A DNA stretch of 64,000 nt from an uncultured Nitrospira sp. (GTDB lineage: Bacteria; Nitrospirota; Nitrospiria; Nitrospirales; Nitrospiraceae), in contig CAZBNV010000006.1 of assembly GCA_964493335.1 (NCBI GenBank), positions 1,944-65,943 of the forward strand. The letters are read 5' to 3'. Positions 1 through 9,084 of this stretch are shown piece after piece. The translations under genes and the position numbers were made by a program. Position 1 is the stretch's first letter, and each line of letters opens with the position of its first letter. Below the pieces are notes generated by a model. The model saw only the letters and a list, made by a program, of their open reading frames with translations, was not told where the DNA came from and made no database searches.

Positions 1-2244
1 GGCCTGCTGCAACAGTCGCAGAATCTGGCCACCGAGTTGCAGGCCCAACAAAAGGAGCTTCAGCAAACCAACGAGGAGTTGGCCAAGAAAGCGCAACAGC
101 TCGCCGAGCAGAATGCAGAAGTGGAAATGAAGAACAGGGAAATCGAGCAGGCCCGGCATGCGTTGGAAGACAAGGCGCGAGAGCTGGCATTGGCGTCGAA
201 GTACAAGTCCGAGTTCCTCGCCAACATGTCCCATGAGTTACGGACCCCTCTGAACAGCATCCTCATTCTGGCCCAACAACTCGGGGAGAACCCGGACCGT
301 AATCTCAGCTCCAAGCAGGTGGAGTTCTCCAAGAACATTCACGCGGCGGGCGCCGATCTTCTCAATTTGATCAGCGATATTCTGGATTTGTCGAAAATCG
401 AATCCGGCACGGTCACGGTCGAGCCGGAGGAAGTGCTCTTCATGAAGGTGCGCGAAGCGACGGAGCGCAGTTTCCGTCACGTCGCCGAAGCGAGGCAGCT
501 GACCTTCAAGATCGAGATCGATTCACAGTTGCCCCGCAGCATAGTAACCGACTTCAAACGATTGCAGCAGGTGCTGAAGAACCTCCTGTCCAACGCCTTC
601 AAGTTTACGTCTCATGGCCAAGTCACGTTCCGAGTTCGGCGCGCCGTGACCGGCTGGAGCCTGGATCACGCGGTACTGAGTACGGTCCCGACCGTGGTGG
701 CCTTCGAAGTGAGTGACACCGGCATCGGCATCCCTGTGGAGAAACAGAAGATCGTGTTTGAAGCCTTTCAACAGGCGGACGCCGGTACGAGCCGCCGCTT
801 CGGAGGAACGGGACTGGGGCTGGCCATCAGCCGTGAATTGGCCATGTTGCTGGGCGGCGAAATTCGTTTGGTGAGCGCTCCGGGCGAAGGCAGCACGTTT
901 ACGCTGTATTTGCCGGAGGCCTATTTGGGCGCGACGCCGGAACTCATTCCTCCCAAGTTTCAGTGGCAGGAACAAGCGCCTTTGCTGGTGCAACAGGCTC
1001 ATCGCCTGGAAGATATTCCGGATGACCGGGAAACCCTTCTTCCCGGCGACCCCACCGTGCTGATTGTCGAAGACGATCCGCACTATGCCCGTGTGCTCTT
1101 GGCAGCCGTCCGCGAAAAGGGGCTGAAGGGTATCGTCACGGCCCATGGTCGATTGGCCTTGAGCTTGACCAGAGAGTACAAGCCGGTGGCCATCACACTG
1201 GATATTTTTCTGCCGGACATGCTGGGCTGGACGGTTCTCAGTCACCTGAAGCAGGATCCCGAAACCCGGCACATCCCGGTGCAGATCCTCACGGTGGAGG
1301 AAGAGCGGTTGCATGGTTTGGGACATGGCGCCTTCGCCTACATGATCAAACCGACCACCACGGAAGACCTGGGTGCGACCTTCGGGCGGCTGGTCGATTT
1401 CACCAAACCCAGACGCAAGCAATTGTTGCTGGTCGAAGACAATGAGATCGAGAGCCGCAGCCTCTGCGCACTGTTGAGCCACGACGAGGTGGACATCGTG
1501 CCGATCAACAACGGGACAGATGCCTGGAATCTGCTCTCCCAACGGCATTTCGACTGTGTCGTATTGGACCTTCGATTGCCCGACATGTCCGGCTTCCAGA
1601 TTCTCGAACGTATCCGTGAACATGAGGCCTTGCGGAACCTCCCCGTCATCGTCTCGACAGGCAAGGACTTGAGCCAGGAAGAAGAACTCCACTTGAGGGA
1701 GCTGTCCCAAGGGATCGTGTTGAAAGGTGTGCAATCGCCGGAACGGCTGCTGGACGAGGCGACCTTATTCTTACATGTGGTGGTGGCGCAATTGCCGCCT
1801 GAAAAGCAGCGTATGTTGGAACGGGTTCGCCAGAGTGACGATGCGCTGGTCGGAAGAAAGGTCTTAGTTGTGGATGACGACATGCGAAATATTTTCGCCC
1901 TGACCAGTCTGCTGGAGCGTCACGGGATGGAAGTGGCCAGCTGCGAGACCGGACGAGAAGCGATTCAAAAAGTGGAAGAGGATGGCGATCTGGATATGGT
2001 CCTGATGGATATTATGATGCCCGAAATGGACGGGTACGAGACCATGCGCCAAATCAGGCAGAATCCCCAGCATCGGCTCCTGCCCATTTTGGCATTGACC
2101 GCGAAGGCCATGAAGGGCGACCGGGAACGTTGCCTCCAAGCCGGTGCCTCGGATTACATCGCGAAACCGGTCAATACCGATGAACTGCTGGCGCTCCTCA
2201 GGATTTGGCTCTTTGGCCGCAAGAAAGCGATGGGTCAACTATGA
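1..2244 (+). CDS. Hybrid sensor histidine kinase, 5'-partial: E/Q-rich coiled coil, HisKA, HATPase_c and three receiver domains
   Basis: Frame 1 is open from base 1. It contains the H-box SEFLANMSHELRTPLN, the G-boxes DTGIGI and GGTGLGLAIS, and three REC domains (VLIVEDDP, LLLVEDNE, VLVVDDDMRN...DYIAKP). It is a paralog of the C-terminal 700 aa of 9081..12203. Confidence 0.9.
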   Translation, partial: GLLQQSQNLATELQAQQKELQQTNEELAKKAQQLAEQNAEVEMKNREIEQARHALEDKARELALASKYKSEFLANMSHELRTPLNSILILAQQLGENPDRNLSSKQVEFSKNIHAAGADLLNLISDILDLSKIESGTVTVEPEEVLFMKVREATERSFRHVAEARQLTFKIEIDSQLPRSIVTDFKRLQQVLKNLLSNAFKFTSHGQVTFRVRRAVTGWSLDHAVLSTVPTVVAFEVSDTGIGIPVEKQKIVFEAFQQADAGTSRRFGGTGLGLAISRELAMLLGGEIRLVSAPGEGSTFTLYLPEAYLGATPELIPPKFQWQEQAPLLVQQAHRLEDIPDDRETLLPGDPTVLIVEDDPHYARVLLAAVREKGLKGIVTAHGRLALSLTREYKPVAITLDIFLPDMLGWTVLSHLKQDPETRHIPVQILTVEEERLHGLGHGAFAYMIKPTTTEDLGATFGRLVDFTKPRRKQLLLVEDNEIESRSLCALLSHDEVDIVPINNGTDAWNLLSQRHFDCVVLDLRLPDMSGFQILERIREHEALRNLPVIVSTGKDLSQEEELHLRELSQGIVLKGVQSPERLLDEATLFLHVVVAQLPPEKQRMLERVRQSDDALVGRKVLVVDDDMRNIFALTSLLERHGMEVASCETGREAIQKVEEDGDLDMVLMDIMMPEMDGYETMRQIRQNPQHRLLPILALTAKAMKGDRERCLQAGASDYIAKPVNTDELLALLRIWLFGRKKAMGQL

Positions 2245-2418
2245 CGGTCCTCCGCCCGAGAGAACGTATGCATGACCAACAGCGAAAGGCGCAGATGACA
2301 TGAGCTATTCGCCTTTCCCTCGTCGAGCCTGCGCGTTCTACCATCAGTCGTCCGCTCTTCGCTTCCCTGTTCCTATGAGTCGCCATGCGCACCAATGCGT
2401 CCTGTGAAGGAGTCGCCC

Positions 2419-4515
2419 ATGACCGACATCCAGGCAAAAATCCTCTTGGTGGATGACGACGCCAGAAGTCTGATGGCGATGGAAACGTTGCTGACTGGTC
2501 CAGGACGGGTCGTCATTACGGCGGATTCGGGGCAGGAGGCGCTGCGCCAGGTGCTTCGCCATGATTTTGCCGTCATTCTGCTCGATGTCCGCATGCCCAG
2601 AGTCGATGGATTCGAGGCTGCCGAGTTAATACGACAGCGCGAGCAGTCGCGCCATACGCCGATTATCTTTTTGTCCGCCGTGGATAAACTGGACGAAGAT
2701 GTATTCCGAGGGCTCGCGAGCGGGGCCGTGGATTACCTGTTCAAACCGGTCGTGCCCGAGGTGTTGCAGAGTAAGGTGTCCGTGTTCGTCGATCTTTATC
2801 GCATGCGCGAGCGCGTGAAGCTCCAAGCCGTTAGGCAGGGGGAAGAGCGGTTCAGCCTGCTGGTGGACAGCATCAGAGACTATTCGATTCTCCTGCTGAG
2901 TCCGCAAGGGACGGTCACCAGTTGGAATCCTGGCACCCGGCTCGTCGAAGGATACGAAGCGTCCGAAGTGATCGGCCGGAACCATGCCGTATTTTTTACC
3001 GCCGAGGATATCACGCGAGGCGATCCTGATCTGGCCTTGGAAATGGCTGCCGCCGCCGGTCAACATGAGGCCGAAGGATGGAGGGTGCGCAAGGACGGCT
3101 CGAAATTCTGGGCCAATGTCGTGATTACGGCCATGAAAGATGAGGCGGGAAAACTCAGCGGCTTTGCGCGTGTTGCGCGGGATCTGACGGAGCGGAAGGC
3201 CGCGGAGGAACAATTGCGAAAGATCGCAGTCGAACTGGAACAGCGCGTCAGCGAACGGACGCAAGAATTGCGCGATTCCCAGTTGCGACTCCGGGACCTG
3301 GCGACGGAATTGACCTTGACGGAACAGCGCGAACGGCGTCGGTTGGCCGGAGAGCTGCATGACTATCTGGCGCAGTTGCTCGTGCTGATCCGGATAAAAA
3401 TTCGGCAAACCTCAGCCCATGTCAAGGACGCAGTTCCCACATCCCTGCTGATGGAGGCCGATCGGGCCATTATCGACTCCCTCAACTATACGCGATCCTT
3501 GGTGGCCGAATTGGCCCCGCCGGCATTGCAGGAGTTCGGACTTCTCGAGGGGTTCGGATGGCTGGCGGAGCAAATGCAGAATCATGGCCTGACGGTCACG
3601 GTCAAGAGGAACATTCAACATGTCGTGCTGGATGACGACCAGGCGGTGCTCGTGTTCCAATCGACGCGTGAGTTGTTATTCAACGTGTTGAAACATGCGA
3701 GCACCAACCAGGCGGAAGTCACGATCGATAAGAATGGCGACGGCTATCTCGTGGTCACAGTGAAGGATGAAGGTTGTGGGTTCAATCTCGATGAGGTGAT
3801 CGCACAGAAGGACGAACGAAAACGATTCGGGCTGTTCAGTGTGCGGGAGCGAACCGAAGCCATGGGAGGCCGCCTCGAAGTGATCTCAACCCCTAAACAA
3901 GGTACCTCAGCGGCATTGATTGTGCCCTACTGGCCTGCTGTGCCTGGCCAGGCGGCGAGGTCGAATTCGCCGCCTACTCCGGCAGGACCGGTGATGACGA
4001 ATGGGGCAGAATCGATTTTGGCCCCTGATTCCCATGGCATCGGCGAAGGGGTGTTGTCAGCCGGCACTGATTCCGCTCAAGACAAGGTGCTGCGCATTCT
4101 TTTGGCCGATGACCACGTCATGGTGCGACAAGGCTTGCGCAGTATTCTGGATGGCTATCGCGACATCTCAGTGGTGGGCGAAGCCGCTGATGGAGAGGAA
4201 GCCGTGGAAATGGCCCGGTTGCTGGGCCCCGATGTCATCGTGATGGATGTGAACATGGCCAAATTGGACGGCATTGAAGCCACCCGCCAGGTCAAAGCAA
4301 GGTGGCCCGGCATCATCGTCGTCGGTCTCTCCGTGTCCACGCGGGGTCAAGTCGAATCTCTGCTCTTGGAGGCGGGAGCCAGCTGTTACGTGTCCAAGGA
4401 GGCAGCGGGTGACCAACTCTATGATGCGATCGTCATGGCAGTGAGGCAGGACTCGGGCGCCCGTCAGACGGTGGAGCCGGAGATTGTATTACCGACTGGC
4501 GAGCATCCGCCCTAG
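2419..4515 (+). CDS. REC-PAS-HisKA_3-HATPase_c-REC multidomain kinase; the C-terminal NarL-type receiver has no HTH
   Basis: AAGGAG at 2407-2412 precedes ATG 2419 (the ORF track starts at 2395). N-terminal REC: KILLVDDD...DYLFKP. A PAS domain follows. The HisKA_3 H-box is ELHDYLAQ, with an HATPase domain (KDEGCGF). The C-terminal REC is ILLADDHVMVRQGL...VMDVNMAKLDG. Confidence 0.9.
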   Translation: MTDIQAKILLVDDDARSLMAMETLLTGPGRVVITADSGQEALRQVLRHDFAVILLDVRMPRVDGFEAAELIRQREQSRHTPIIFLSAVDKLDEDVFRGLASGAVDYLFKPVVPEVLQSKVSVFVDLYRMRERVKLQAVRQGEERFSLLVDSIRDYSILLLSPQGTVTSWNPGTRLVEGYEASEVIGRNHAVFFTAEDITRGDPDLALEMAAAAGQHEAEGWRVRKDGSKFWANVVITAMKDEAGKLSGFARVARDLTERKAAEEQLRKIAVELEQRVSERTQELRDSQLRLRDLATELTLTEQRERRRLAGELHDYLAQLLVLIRIKIRQTSAHVKDAVPTSLLMEADRAIIDSLNYTRSLVAELAPPALQEFGLLEGFGWLAEQMQNHGLTVTVKRNIQHVVLDDDQAVLVFQSTRELLFNVLKHASTNQAEVTIDKNGDGYLVVTVKDEGCGFNLDEVIAQKDERKRFGLFSVRERTEAMGGRLEVISTPKQGTSAALIVPYWPAVPGQAARSNSPPTPAGPVMTNGAESILAPDSHGIGEGVLSAGTDSAQDKVLRILLADDHVMVRQGLRSILDGYRDISVVGEAADGEEAVEMARLLGPDVIVMDVNMAKLDGIEATRQVKARWPGIIVVGLSVSTRGQVESLLLEAGASCYVSKEAAGDQLYDAIVMAVRQDSGARQTVEPEIVLPTGEHPP

Positions 4516-4612
4516 TCCATAGCCTCTCTTGTCAATTCGCTCCTCACCCTAGCCCTATGTACGTTGCGTACTGAGTGGATCAGCCCTACTGTGACCGAGA
4601 TGGGACCTCGTC

Positions 4613-5002
4613 ATGACGATCAGAACAATCCCGGACGATGTCAGGAGGTTCATTCAGGCCAGCATCGATTCCGTTGCACAGTTGGAGGCGCTCCTTATTG
4701 TTCACGAGTATCCCAATACTGAATGGACGGTAGAGGCTCTGTCGGCGCGCCTGTATATCCCGCCCGAACAGACCTCGGCTGTCATGTCCCGTCTCTCCGA
4801 GAATCGATTGGTGATCAAACATCATGCCACTGCAGGGTTCCAGTATCAGCCAGAGTCGGAGGATCTGAGGAAAATGGTGGATCGGCTGGCCGAGGCTTAT
4901 CCCAAACACCTGGTGCCGATTACCAGGCTCATCCATTCAAAAGAGGGTCTTCGAATCAGAGAGTTTCCAGACGCGTTCGATTTCAGAAAGGAGCGATCCT
5001 AG
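4613..5002 (+). CDS. Hypothetical small cytoplasmic protein, possibly winged-helix-like
   Basis: 129-aa ORF. The segment SVAQLEALLIVHEYPNTEWTVEALSARLYIPPEQTSAVMSRLSENRLVIK resembles a MarR-like wHTH. Its stop overlaps the next start (TAGTG). Confidence 0.6.
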   Translation: MTIRTIPDDVRRFIQASIDSVAQLEALLIVHEYPNTEWTVEALSARLYIPPEQTSAVMSRLSENRLVIKHHATAGFQYQPESEDLRKMVDRLAEAYPKHLVPITRLIHSKEGLRIREFPDAFDFRKERS

Positions 5003-5259
5003 TGGTGCCCTTCATTTATGGTCTCTGCGGCATCCTGGCCTGTACCACGGCCTGGCTCCTTTTGCGAGGCTATGTCCGTAGCGGCTATCGTCTGTTGTTT
5101 TGGACGGGGCTGTATTTTTTGCTGTCCACACTCAACAACGGAGTTTTGGTGCTGGACAAGCTCGTATTTCCTCATCTCGACTTAAGCCTGTGGCGCCACG
5201 GGTTAGCGTTTATCGCCGTCGTGGTGCTCCTGATCGGTCTTATCCGGAGCGGAGAGTGA
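5002..5259 (+). CDS. Small 3-TM membrane protein (resembles DUF5985, recalled from memory)
   Basis: GTG 5002 overlaps the upstream stop, and AAGGAG lies at 4988-4993. Three hydrophobic helices are present. The longer 4723 start in the ORF track overlaps the upstream gene out of frame. Confidence 0.6.
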   Translation: MVPFIYGLCGILACTTAWLLLRGYVRSGYRLLFWTGLYFLLSTLNNGVLVLDKLVFPHLDLSLWRHGLAFIAVVVLLIGLIRSGE

Positions 5260-5262
5260 GCC

Positions 5263-5544
5263 ATGGATGTACTCGCCGCTAAAAGCTTCCTCCTGGGCGG
5301 CGTGGCCCTTGGTTGCTTGGCTGCGTCACTGTTTTTCTGGAAGTTCTGGCGGGTGACAGCCGATCGATTCTTTCTCTTCTTTGCACTGTCGTTCGGAGTT
5401 GAGACGTTGGGCCGGTCGGTATTAGGTCTTGTTGTTCTGTCGGAGGAAACCGAGCCACTGATTTATTCCTTTCGGTTGGTATCCTATGGGCTGATCATCT
5501 TGGCGATCGTCGACAAAAACCGAACGCAGCCCCAAAGAACCTAG
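5263..5544 (+). CDS. Small 3-TM membrane protein, paralog of 5002..5259
   Basis: The ATG lies 3 nt after the previous stop. Helix pattern and charged loops match the preceding gene (LFFWKFWRVTADRFFLFF versus LLLRGYVRSGYRLLFWTG). Confidence 0.6.
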   Translation: MDVLAAKSFLLGGVALGCLAASLFFWKFWRVTADRFFLFFALSFGVETLGRSVLGLVVLSEETEPLIYSFRLVSYGLIILAIVDKNRTQPQRT

Positions 5545-5546
5545 CT

Positions 5547-7649
5547 CTATCCCTTTAGAGACAGCTCGCCCCTATTCCTGGCGGCGTGGATGGCCTGGTA
5601 CAGGTCTTCAATAGCGGCATCCTTATTTAAAAAAGCGGTAGCACCAGCTTGCTTCATGGCCGTCTGTACATGTTCTTCATTTTGCACCGACAGCCCGATG
5701 ACCATGACAGCGGGGAACGTGTTCTTGATGTGACGCGTGGCTTCGATGCCATCCATCTTGGGCATATTCACATCCATCAGAATGACATCCGGCTTGGTTT
5801 GACTGGTCAATCGGATTGTCTCCAGACCGTTGCCGGCCTCTCCGACCACGTGGATGTCCACATAGTTTTGCAGGGCGCCGCGAAGCCCCTGGCGCACCAT
5901 CGCATGGTCATCAGCCAGGAGGAGGCGAATGTGCGGGCGGAGTGGAAGTAACCTGTTGGGAGGCGGGTTGTTCGACTCTGCCGTAACCGCCTGACCGGCG
6001 TCGTTTACGCTCATCGCAGGCTGCGGAGGGGTCGGGGCTGCTCCATCCGCCTTCGGCATGGTCGGCAGGGGCAGTATCAGGGCCGCCCTAGTTCCCTGGC
6101 CCGGAGCAGAGGTGAGTTCCAAGCGCCCACCTAGCGCCAGCATGCGCTCGCGTATGCTGAATAAGCCGAAACCGGGGACCGAGGTGGTGTGTGTGGCGGG
6201 GTTGAGAGCCTCAGGATCAAACCCGGCCCCTGCGTCTCGCACCTCAATGCGCAGTTCACCCTCGCACCGCTCCAACTGCACTGACGCCCTACCGACGCAG
6301 GCATGTTTGGCCGCATTCATCAAGAGTTCCCGGACGGACTGGAAGAGGAGCACGAGGCGATCGGCAGGCAGGCAGAGGTCATCGTTTCGAGACAGGTCTA
6401 CGGTCACGGTCAGGTCATACCGTTTCATCTGCTCGGCGAGCCAGGGCAGAGCGGCCAGTAGCCCAAACTCCTGCAAGACAGGGGGAGCCAGGTCGGCGAC
6501 CAGCGTTCTCGTGTACGTGAGGGACTGCGTCAGCACGTCCTCGACTTCCTGAATCAGCGCCCGCATGGCTGGGGTGAGGTTGTGAATGCGTGCGGTTTGG
6601 GATAGTTTTAATTTTCCCAATACCAGCATCTGTGCCAGATGGTCGTGCAACTCAGTCGCCACCCGCTGGCGCTCGCGTTGCTCGGCCAAATTCAACTCCG
6701 TGGCCAGGGCCCGCAGATGTTCTTGTGATCGTGTCAGCTCGGCGGTCTTTTCCTTGACGGCTCGCTCCAAATCCACGCTCCACCGCCGCAAGCGCTCTTC
6801 AGCCTCCTGACTGTCGGTCATATCGAAGCTCGCCCCAACATAGCCGATGAATTCCCCTCGCGCCGAGAGGCTCGGCATACCGACCGAGCGTATCCATCGA
6901 TATTCACCGTCGTGGCGAAGGAAGCGCACGGATGCTTCGAATCGCGCGCGCTGATCCACGGCCTTTAGATAAAGAGCGATGTATTCCTCGCGATCGTCCG
7001 GATGGATATAGGGGGCCCAATTGAATTGTTCCACCTCTCGCTGCTCGCGAAGGCCCAGAAACTCGAGATAGGCACGGTTGACGAAGTCGCATCCATCGAC
7101 ACCATTCGTCCAAATGAGCACCGGGGCACTGTCCGCCAGGGTTCGGAAGCGCATCTCGCTTTCCCTCAGACGGAGATCGGCTTCCTCGCGTTCCTGCAAC
7201 AGGCGAGCCTTTTCCTCGGCCACGGCGAGCATTTCATCTCGTTGTCGCGCGAGTTCGGCGCGTTGATGGTACAGTTCGAGGAAAATGGTGGCTTTGCTCT
7301 GCAGCACGTGCGGTTCAATCGGCTTATAGAGAAAATCCACCGCCCCGGCTGTATAGCCACGGAAACGGCGCAGGTTGTCCTGCGGGCCGGCGGTCAAAAA
7401 TATGATCGGGACATGCCGGCTGCGCTGCGAGCCACGCATCAACTCGGCAAGTTCGAAGCCATCCATGATCGGCATCTGCACGTCGATGAAGGCGAGCGCA
7501 ATATCGTGGTGCAGGAGGAGTTCCAGCGCGTCACGACCGGAATGGGCCTCCAGCATCTCCACATCGTCTCGTTGCAAAAGGCGTCTCAACGCCAACACAT
7601 TCGGTTCGTTGTCGTCGACCAGCAGCAATTTTGCGCGGCTATTCGGCAT
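5547..7649 (-). CDS. REC-PAS-HisKA_3-HATPase_c-REC multidomain kinase, paralog of 2419..4515
   Basis: Same domain order as 2419..4515: KLLLVDDN...DFLYKP, a PAS domain, the H-box ELHDHLAQ, RDAGAGF, and the C-terminal REC LLLADDHAMVRQGL. Its start lies 8 nt downstream of the cheB-like stop. Confidence 0.9.
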   Translation of the reverse strand: MPNSRAKLLLVDDNEPNVLALRRLLQRDDVEMLEAHSGRDALELLLHHDIALAFIDVQMPIMDGFELAELMRGSQRSRHVPIIFLTAGPQDNLRRFRGYTAGAVDFLYKPIEPHVLQSKATIFLELYHQRAELARQRDEMLAVAEEKARLLQEREEADLRLRESEMRFRTLADSAPVLIWTNGVDGCDFVNRAYLEFLGLREQREVEQFNWAPYIHPDDREEYIALYLKAVDQRARFEASVRFLRHDGEYRWIRSVGMPSLSARGEFIGYVGASFDMTDSQEAEERLRRWSVDLERAVKEKTAELTRSQEHLRALATELNLAEQRERQRVATELHDHLAQMLVLGKLKLSQTARIHNLTPAMRALIQEVEDVLTQSLTYTRTLVADLAPPVLQEFGLLAALPWLAEQMKRYDLTVTVDLSRNDDLCLPADRLVLLFQSVRELLMNAAKHACVGRASVQLERCEGELRIEVRDAGAGFDPEALNPATHTTSVPGFGLFSIRERMLALGGRLELTSAPGQGTRAALILPLPTMPKADGAAPTPPQPAMSVNDAGQAVTAESNNPPPNRLLPLRPHIRLLLADDHAMVRQGLRGALQNYVDIHVVGEAGNGLETIRLTSQTKPDVILMDVNMPKMDGIEATRHIKNTFPAVMVIGLSVQNEEHVQTAMKQAGATAFLNKDAAIEDLYQAIHAARNRGELSLKG

Positions 7650-7657
7650 TCGTTCCC

Positions 7658-8251
7658 TCAGACGGTTCGCTGATGCAAGAGTTGCGCGATATCAGTCAAA
7701 CTCATACAGCGTGCTTGGGCGCAAGCCGCGAGTGCCGCCTCGGGCATGACCCGTGCCTCCGCCGATTCAGGGGTTTGTACCAGCGCCATGCCACCGGCCT
7801 CGCAGACGGCGCGGACGCCTTGCGCGCCATCGTGGTTGGCGCCTGTGAGGATGACGGCGAGCAACCTGTCGCGATAGGTATCCGCGGCGGATTCGAATAA
7901 CACATCGATGGAAGGGCGCGAGTAGTTCACGGGCTCGTCGCTCGAGAGAGACAGGTGACGGTCGTGCTCCACCAGCACATGGTAGTCGGGGGGAGCAAAA
8001 TAAACCGTGCCGCGGAGAATTGGCTCCTTGTCCTCAGCTTCCTTCACCGTCAGCCGGCAGGTGGATTGAAAGAGCTGGGCAATGCTGCTGTGTTTCTCGG
8101 CCGGCACATGCACGGCGACGAAAATTGGGACAGGGTAGTCGGGCGGCAAGGACGGAAGAATGTGCGAGAGCGAAAAGATCGCACCGGCCGACCCCCCGAT
8201 CACAACCGCCTCGGTGTCGCGGAGGGTGATGTTCGAGGAGACGGAGATCAT
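7658..8251 (-). CDS. cheB: CheB-type protein-glutamate methylesterase, catalytic domain only (no receiver)
   Basis: VIGGSAGAI...SRPSIDVLFESAA...ILTGANHDGAQG matches the CheB methylesterase fold. ATGA start/stop overlap with cheR. Confidence 0.85.
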   Translation of the reverse strand: MISVSSNITLRDTEAVVIGGSAGAIFSLSHILPSLPPDYPVPIFVAVHVPAEKHSSIAQLFQSTCRLTVKEAEDKEPILRGTVYFAPPDYHVLVEHDRHLSLSSDEPVNYSRPSIDVLFESAADTYRDRLLAVILTGANHDGAQGVRAVCEAGGMALVQTPESAEARVMPEAALAACAQARCMSLTDIAQLLHQRTV

Positions 8252-9084
8252 GCGTCGCTCCTTTGATAAATTCGCTCGTCCGGAATAAATTCAGTGAACG
8301 CGTGGCGATGCGCATTGAACCGCAAGCTCTCCCTGGCGCCCGCGCCGAGAAAGCCTTTACGCACCAGGGCATCCTTGAAGAGGCCGACGGCGCGATCCTG
8401 CAAAGGACGATCGAAATAAATGAGCACGTTGCGGCAGGAAACGAGGTGCATTTCAGAAAAGACAGCATCGGAGACCAGGCTGTGGTCGGAGAAGACCGTG
8501 CGCCGGCAGAGCGTGTTGTCGAACCTCGCGGCGTTGTAGGCGGCGGTATAATATTCCGACAGTGAGCCGGTGCCGCCGGACAGTCGATGATTTTTGGTGA
8601 AGAGCGCGATGCGGTTCAAGTCATACACCCCGGCCTTGGCTTTCGCGAGCGCCTCGGCGTTGATGTCGGTGGCATAGAATAGCGTGCGGCTCTCGAGCCC
8701 TTCCTCACGAAACAAAATCGCCAGTGAATACAGTTCCTCGCCCGTACTGCAACCGGCGACCCAGACTTTCAGGGAGGGATAGGTTTTCAGATGCGGGACA
8801 ACCTTCTCGCGCAGCGCCAGAAAGTAGCTGGGGTCGCGAAACATGTCGCTCACCTGCACGGTCAGGTACCCAAGCAGCTGCGGGAAGACAGCCGGATCGT
8901 GGAGAACGTTGTCTTGTAGTGACGAGAAGGTTCGGCAGCCCATCCGCTCGCAGGCCTGATGGAGCCGGCGTTTGAGGGAAGCCCGCGAATAACCTCGGAA
9001 GTCATAGTGATACGCGGAATAAATCGCCTCGAGCAGTAATTGCAATTCAAGGTCGTCGGTCTTGTTGTCGGTGTCCTGTGTCAT
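8248..9084 (-). CDS. cheR: CheR-type protein-glutamate O-methyltransferase
   Basis: N-terminal CheR helical domain (LLLEAIYSAYHYDFRGYSRASLKRR) and SAM-binding motif (KVWVAGCSTGEELYSLAI...ATDIN). ATGA overlap with the upstream kinase. Confidence 0.9.
   Translation of the reverse strand: MTQDTDNKTDDLELQLLLEAIYSAYHYDFRGYSRASLKRRLHQACERMGCRTFSSLQDNVLHDPAVFPQLLGYLTVQVSDMFRDPSYFLALREKVVPHLKTYPSLKVWVAGCSTGEELYSLAILFREEGLESRTLFYATDINAEALAKAKAGVYDLNRIALFTKNHRLSGGTGSLSEYYTAAYNAARFDNTLCRRTVFSDHSLVSDAVFSEMHLVSCRNVLIYFDRPLQDRAVGLFKDALVRKGFLGAGARESLRFNAHRHAFTEFIPDERIYQRSDA

Noticed and set aside
523-1734. Long antisense ORFs opposite well-supported genes. Examples: 523..1734(-), 12205..13236(+), 19412..20179(+), 32188..33258(+), 58859..59392(-), 59971..60678(-).
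   Set aside because: These are typical shadow ORFs of high-GC DNA. They lie opposite genes with clear domain signatures, have Arg/Gly/Pro/His-rich low-complexity translations, and have no SD.
2284-2317. An 8-bp stem (GAAAGGCG/CGCCTTTC) with an 18-nt loop, located after the first kinase gene, considered as an intrinsic terminator.
   Set aside because: The loop is large and no U-tract follows. The downstream kinase is probably co-transcribed.
4723-5259. The 178-aa form of the first small membrane protein.
   Set aside because: Its N-terminal 93 codons overlap gene 4613..5002 in another frame and look non-coding. GTG 5002, which has an AAGGAG SD, fits better.
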